Shown here piece by piece: positions 60,237 to 64,000 of a stretch of 64,000 nt of DNA. Positions within the stretch are counted from its first letter, which is position 1, and every line of letters begins with the position of its first letter. Below the pieces are notes generated by a model. It saw only the letters and a list, made by a program, of their open reading frames with translations. It ran no database searches and had not been told where the DNA came from. The translations under genes were made by a program, and so were the position numbers. Origin of the DNA: Chloroflexota bacterium (lineage in GTDB: Bacteria; Chloroflexota; Dehalococcoidia; UBA2979); the NCBI GenBank assembly GCA_045863195.1, contig BTUI01000003.1, positions 68,201 through 132,200 on the forward strand, read 5' to 3'.

Positions 60237-61646
60237 CTACTCCGCGGCAGCCTCGCCGGATGCCTCGGCCGTCTCGGCTTCGCCATCGGCGGCCTCGTCC
60301 GCACCACCCCGCCGGCGGCGGCTGGTGCGGCGCGGCTCGGCGGACTCGCCGCCGTCCTCCTGCGAGGTGATCTCCTCCAGCCGCTCCACCGCGAAGCGGG
60401 TGAGCAGCTGCGACCGGATCGAGTTGCGCCCGTCCGGCGTGTCGATCAGCCCGCGGATCGCCTGCTGGTTCGCCGGGTTGCCCCCGGTCATCTGCGCGAG
60501 CAGGCTGTCGATCTCCTCGTCGATCTGGGCCTCAGTGACCTCGATCGACTCCTTCTCGATCAGCTCGCCGAGCGCGAGCGCGCGGCGGACGACGAGGTCA
60601 GCCTCCGGGCGGAACGCGTCCCGCACTTCCTCTTCGGTCCGGCCAATGGACTTCAGCCAGTTCTCGAAGCCCTCGCGGGAGTGGGAGGCGTGGTTGGACT
60701 CGCGGTCGATGACGCGGTCGACCTCGCGGTTGACCAGCACATCCGGGTAGTCCAGGTTCGCCTGCGTGATGAGCAGGTCGATGATCTCGTTGTGGTATTG
60801 CTCGCGGACGGCGCGCTCCGCCTGCGCCGCGAGGTCCTTGCGGAGCCGCGCGTCCAGGTCAGCGACCGTCTCCACGCCCTCCTCGTCCAGGGAGGCGACG
60901 AACTCGTCGTCCAGTTCCGGCAGGACTTCCTGCTTCACCTCGTGGATCTTCACCTCGTAGGTGGCGCGCTTGCCGCGCAGCGTCTCGGAGGGGAGGTCGT
61001 CCGGTAGCGTGAACTCGATCGTGTGCTCGCCGGCCTCGAGGCCCACGAGCCGGTCGACAAAGCCCGGCAGCGAGACCACTGAGCCCTCGCGCAGGGGGAA
61101 CTCGGCGTCTTCCTCCGAGTACGACTCCTGGCCCTCCACGGTGACCTTCACGTCGGCGCGGATGTGGTCGTTCCACTGGGTGGCACGCTCGACGGGTTCG
61201 AGGACGGCGTACTGGCGGCGGAGGGCGACCTTCGTCTGCTCCACCTGCTCCTCGGTCACCGGGGCGTCCGGCTTCGGCACGCGCAGTGCGCGGTAGTCGC
61301 CCAGGTCCACCTTCGGGCGGACGGGGACGGTCGCCGTCACGACCAGCGGCTCGGTCGACTTGAGGTCGAACTCAGGCTGGTCGATGGCGTCGATGTCGAG
61401 CTCGGCGATCGCCTCGTTGTAGACCTCGGGGATCAACTCCTCGAGCGCCTCCTGGAGGATGGCGCCGGAGCCCACGTGGCGCTCCACCATGTTGCGGGGC
61501 GCCTTGCCGGGGCGGAATCCGGGGATGCGGACCTGGCGCGAGATGCGCTGCGCGGCACGCTCCGTGTGCTTCTCGACCCGCTCCGGGTCGACCTCGATCT
61601 CGAGTGCGACCCGAGCGCGTTCCAGACGTTCAACCGTGGTGCCCAA
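60237..61646 (-). CDS. tig: Trigger factor
   Basis: An N-terminal ribosome-binding domain (GFRPGKAPRNMVER), a PPIase-like middle domain and a C-terminal arm are present. TTG start with a GAAGG ribosome-binding site; the ORF-track N-terminal extension is not supported. The acidic C-terminal tail is low-complexity. Confidence 0.8.
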   Translation of the reverse strand: MGTTVERLERARVALEIEVDPERVEKHTERAAQRISRQVRIPGFRPGKAPRNMVERHVGSGAILQEALEELIPEVYNEAIAELDIDAIDQPEFDLKSTEPLVVTATVPVRPKVDLGDYRALRVPKPDAPVTEEQVEQTKVALRRQYAVLEPVERATQWNDHIRADVKVTVEGQESYSEEDAEFPLREGSVVSLPGFVDRLVGLEAGEHTIEFTLPDDLPSETLRGKRATYEVKIHEVKQEVLPELDDEFVASLDEEGVETVADLDARLRKDLAAQAERAVREQYHNEIIDLLITQANLDYPDVLVNREVDRVIDRESNHASHSREGFENWLKSIGRTEEEVRDAFRPEADLVVRRALALGELIEKESIEVTEAQIDEEIDSLLAQMTGGNPANQQAIRGLIDTPDGRNSIRSQLLTRFAVERLEEITSQEDGGESAEPRRTSRRRRGGADEAADGEAETAEASGEAAAE

Positions 61647-61834
61647 AGAGCCGTACCTTCGCCTGCGATCCCGCCTGATGATGCCGGTAGTACGCGCGCC
61701 CGGCGCCACGCACACAGGCGTATTTGGCGCGATCCGGGCCGTAACTGACGTGAAATGACTATAGCACGCGACCCGTTTCGGGCCGCCCTCGGGGTTTTCC
61801 CGCCTTCAGCCGTCCGTCAGCCCCGCGGGCGACC

Positions 61835-62803
61835 TCAGCGGCCCCGGATCGCGTCGTTCAGGGCGTCGCCGAGGAGGTTGAAGGCAAACAGGAGCGCGGT
61901 CACCACCGTCCCCGGCACGAGCAGGAGGTGCGGGTGCGTGGCGAACGTGCGCGCCCCGGAGCCCTCGTACAGCATCGCGCCGAAGGAGGCGGCCGGCGGC
62001 TGCACGCCCACGCCGAACCAGGTCAGCACGATCTCCGACCCGGCGATCCCGCCCAGGGTGGCCGAGATCGACAGGATGATGAGGAAGGAGACGTTCGGCA
62101 GCAGGTGCCGCCGGATGATCCCCCACGGCGTGGCCCCCACCGACTCCGCCGCGAGTACGAAGTCGCTCTCCCGCAACGTCAGCACCTGCGCCCGGATGAT
62201 CCTCGCCGTCCCCACCCAGAAGAAGAGCGAGAGCGCACCGAACACGAGCAGGTAGGAGGCGAACCCGCTGGCCACGAGGCCATCGATGAAGGTGTGGTCC
62301 TCGATCCAGCGCATCGTCTCGGTGACGCGGGGGCCCAGGGTGACGTTGATGAGGATGAGCATGATCAGGCTGGGTAGGCCGGAGAAGATGTCGCCGGCGC
62401 GCATGATCAGCGTGTCCACCCACCCGCCGCGGTAGCCGGCGAGCAGCCCGAGGACGTTGCCGATCACCAGCCCGCCGCTCAGCACCACCGCCGTGGTGAC
62501 GATCAGCGTGGTGCGTGCCGAATACATCGTCCGGCTCAGCATGTCCCGCCCGAGGCGGTCCGTCCCCAGCAGATGCTCCCGGCTCGGCCCCTGCAGGCTC
62601 CGGTCGAGGTTGATCTCGTTGTAGGAGTATGGCGCGAGCCACGAGGCGAAGATGCCCATCGTGTAGATGACGACGATGACCACCAGCGAAGCCATCGCCA
62701 GCCGCTTGCGGCGCAGCCGCCGCCAGACCAGCGACCACTCGCTCTCCCCCTCCTGGCGGGCGACGCCGGTCGGAGCGTCCGCGGGCGCGGCGGCGGTACT
62801 CAT
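61835..62803 (-). CDS. ABC transporter permease (DppC/OppC family)
   Basis: Six TM helices, an EAA-like loop (SVGATPWGIIRRHLLPN) and an N-terminal extension typical of DppC. Confidence 0.8.
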   Translation of the reverse strand: MSTAAAPADAPTGVARQEGESEWSLVWRRLRRKRLAMASLVVIVVIYTMGIFASWLAPYSYNEINLDRSLQGPSREHLLGTDRLGRDMLSRTMYSARTTLIVTTAVVLSGGLVIGNVLGLLAGYRGGWVDTLIMRAGDIFSGLPSLIMLILINVTLGPRVTETMRWIEDHTFIDGLVASGFASYLLVFGALSLFFWVGTARIIRAQVLTLRESDFVLAAESVGATPWGIIRRHLLPNVSFLIILSISATLGGIAGSEIVLTWFGVGVQPPAASFGAMLYEGSGARTFATHPHLLLVPGTVVTALLFAFNLLGDALNDAIRGR

Positions 62804-63783
62804 CCGCGCGACGCGCCGATGCGGACGCGCGGGTCCACGAAGCCGTAGCAGATCTCGGCGAGCAGGTTCGTGAGGACGAACGCCGTCGAGAAGATCACGG
62901 TGGTGGCGAGGATCACGTCGTAGTCACGGCTCGTCACCGCCTCGAACGTGAAGCGGCCGATGCCGTTGATGCCGAGCAGCGTCTCCACGAAGAGGGCGCC
63001 CTCGATGATCCCGGCGAGGGCGAAGCCGACCACGGTGATGAGCGGCAGCAGCGAGTTCGGCAGGACGTGGCGGAACTGCACCGTGGCCTCCGGCAGCCCC
63101 TTCGCCCGGGCGGTGCGGACGTAGTCGGCCGAGTTCACCTCCAGCGCGGAGATGCGCACAAGGCGCGCGACGCCGACGAAGCCCGGGAGCGTGAATGCGA
63201 CGAGCGGGATGTAGAGGTGGGGGTCCGGGATCGGGATCGCGATCACCCCGGCGATCCACCAGATCTCGAAGATGCCGTCCCAGCCGCCGACGGGGAGCCA
63301 CCCCAGCTGGATCGCGAACAGCCAGATCAGCGGCGGGATCACCACCAGCACCGGGATTGCCTGCAGGAACAGCAACGTCCCGATGATCATCGGGTCGAGC
63401 CACGTCCCGGCGAACCTCGCCGCCAGCAGCCCGAGCGGGATGCCCAGCGCGAAGACGATGATCAGCGCCACCAACCCCAGCTGCGCCGAGATCCACATGC
63501 GCGGGAAGATCAGTTCAGAGACGGAGAAGCCCTGCTGCAGGTACGACTCGCCGAAGTCGCCCTGCACCGCCTTCATCACCCACGTCGCGTACTGCTGCGG
63601 CAGCGGCCGGTCCAGGCCGCGCTCAGCCCGCACGCGCTCCAGCACCTCCGGGTCGCGCACCTGGCCGGCGGCGACGGAGACCGGATCGCCGGGCCCGTAG
63701 CGCGCGAGGGTGAACGTGGCGAAGGACACCACGAACAGGATCAGCGGCAGCCAGGCCAGGCGACGGACGATGTAGGCGCCCAC
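62800..63783 (-). CDS. ABC transporter permease (DppB/OppB family)
   Basis: The sequence has YIVRRLAWLPLILF and an EAA loop (ARAKGLPEATVQFRHVLPNSL). It overlaps the downstream permease by 4 nt. Confidence 0.8.
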   Translation of the reverse strand: MGAYIVRRLAWLPLILFVVSFATFTLARYGPGDPVSVAAGQVRDPEVLERVRAERGLDRPLPQQYATWVMKAVQGDFGESYLQQGFSVSELIFPRMWISAQLGLVALIIVFALGIPLGLLAARFAGTWLDPMIIGTLLFLQAIPVLVVIPPLIWLFAIQLGWLPVGGWDGIFEIWWIAGVIAIPIPDPHLYIPLVAFTLPGFVGVARLVRISALEVNSADYVRTARAKGLPEATVQFRHVLPNSLLPLITVVGFALAGIIEGALFVETLLGINGIGRFTFEAVTSRDYDVILATTVIFSTAFVLTNLLAEICYGFVDPRVRIGASRG

Positions 63784-63814
63784 GCGATGCCCTCCCCGAC
63801 GCCGTCCCCGCTAG

Positions 63815-64000
63815 CGGGACACCTCGATGTGGCGGAGGCGCGGCACCACCATCGGTGGCTCGAACCATCCGGTCACCTGCGGCTGCACCACCACGTGCGT
63901 GGAGGAGAAGTAGAGCGGGAGCCAGGCGGCGTCCTGCACGATCAGCCGCTCCGCCTCCTGGTAGTAGGCGATGCGGGTCGCCGGGTCGGCCTCCGTCCGC
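63815..64000 (-). CDS. ABC transporter substrate-binding protein, family 5, C-terminal fragment (gene continues beyond window)
   Basis: The reverse-strand frame is open to the window edge. Its C-terminus (... IAYYQEAERLIVQDAAWLPLYFSSTHVVVQPQVTGWFEPPMVVPRLRHIEVSR*) matches family-5 substrate-binding protein ends. Confidence 0.55.

Overview
This is a high-GC (~70%) bacterial chromosomal window that is densely coding, with a mix of housekeeping and accessory genes. I found no rRNA, CRISPR array, transposase or integrase. Hand-located small elements carry about ±1-2 nt uncertainty; ORF-track coordinates were used where possible.

Layout from start to end:
- 1-2544: a partial DprE1-like FAD oxidase, a DprE2-like short-chain dehydrogenase and a glycerophosphodiester phosphodiesterase.
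- 2597-2956: a four-tRNA array (Trp-CCA, Leu-GAG, Gly-GCC, Cys-GCA) followed by a perfect bidirectional terminator hairpin. A solitary tRNA-Leu(TAA) lies on the minus strand at 5353-5436.
- 3021-8846: an aldo/keto reductase, a YpfJ-type zinc metallopeptidase, a Cys-rich lipoprotein, two methyltransferases flanking an ASCH-domain protein, and a membrane-embedded spermidine-synthase-like protein.
- 9140-10080: a lower-GC island holding a small K/E/P-rich ORF with its own terminator and a three-helix membrane protein.
- 10163-12762 and 15899-25602: the most striking block. Six family-III CoA-transferase paralogs (CaiB/BaiF type) sit in two strand-consistent arrays, mostly translationally coupled. 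They are interleaved with an enoyl-CoA hydratase, a double-hotdog (MaoC-like) protein, a TcuA-like FAD dehydrogenase, a hotdog thioesterase and a YeiH-family exporter. A flotillin/NfeD pair lies at the distal end of the minus-strand array. A sigma70-like promoter plus a 7-1-7 palindrome sits in the divergent control region at 25699-25757.
- 25770-46759: housekeeping and accessory genes, including a beta-propeller lipoprotein, a cyclase, a cupredoxin lipoprotein, rarA, gatB, a membrane-anchored YvcK-family protein, secG, an orphan family-5 substrate-binding protein, fmt, rlmN, rplY, hyuA/hyuB, an M28 peptidase, a LysM lipoprotein and an acyl-CoA carboxyltransferase.
- 47004-55218: a TCA-cycle supercluster. 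icd, mdh and fumC on the plus strand are each followed by a perfect GC hairpin; sdhC-sdhA-sdhB are on the minus strand.
- 50763-51754: a 45-nt homologous hairpin module occurs twice in inverted orientation. The pair brackets a 0.9-kb segment carrying a DUF1801 gene and a 460-nt non-coding stretch with three tandem GC hairpins.
- 55316-64000: a nudix-GNAT-nadK-tlyA operon, then tig-clpP-clpX, then two ABC permeases and a partial substrate-binding protein, all on the minus strand.
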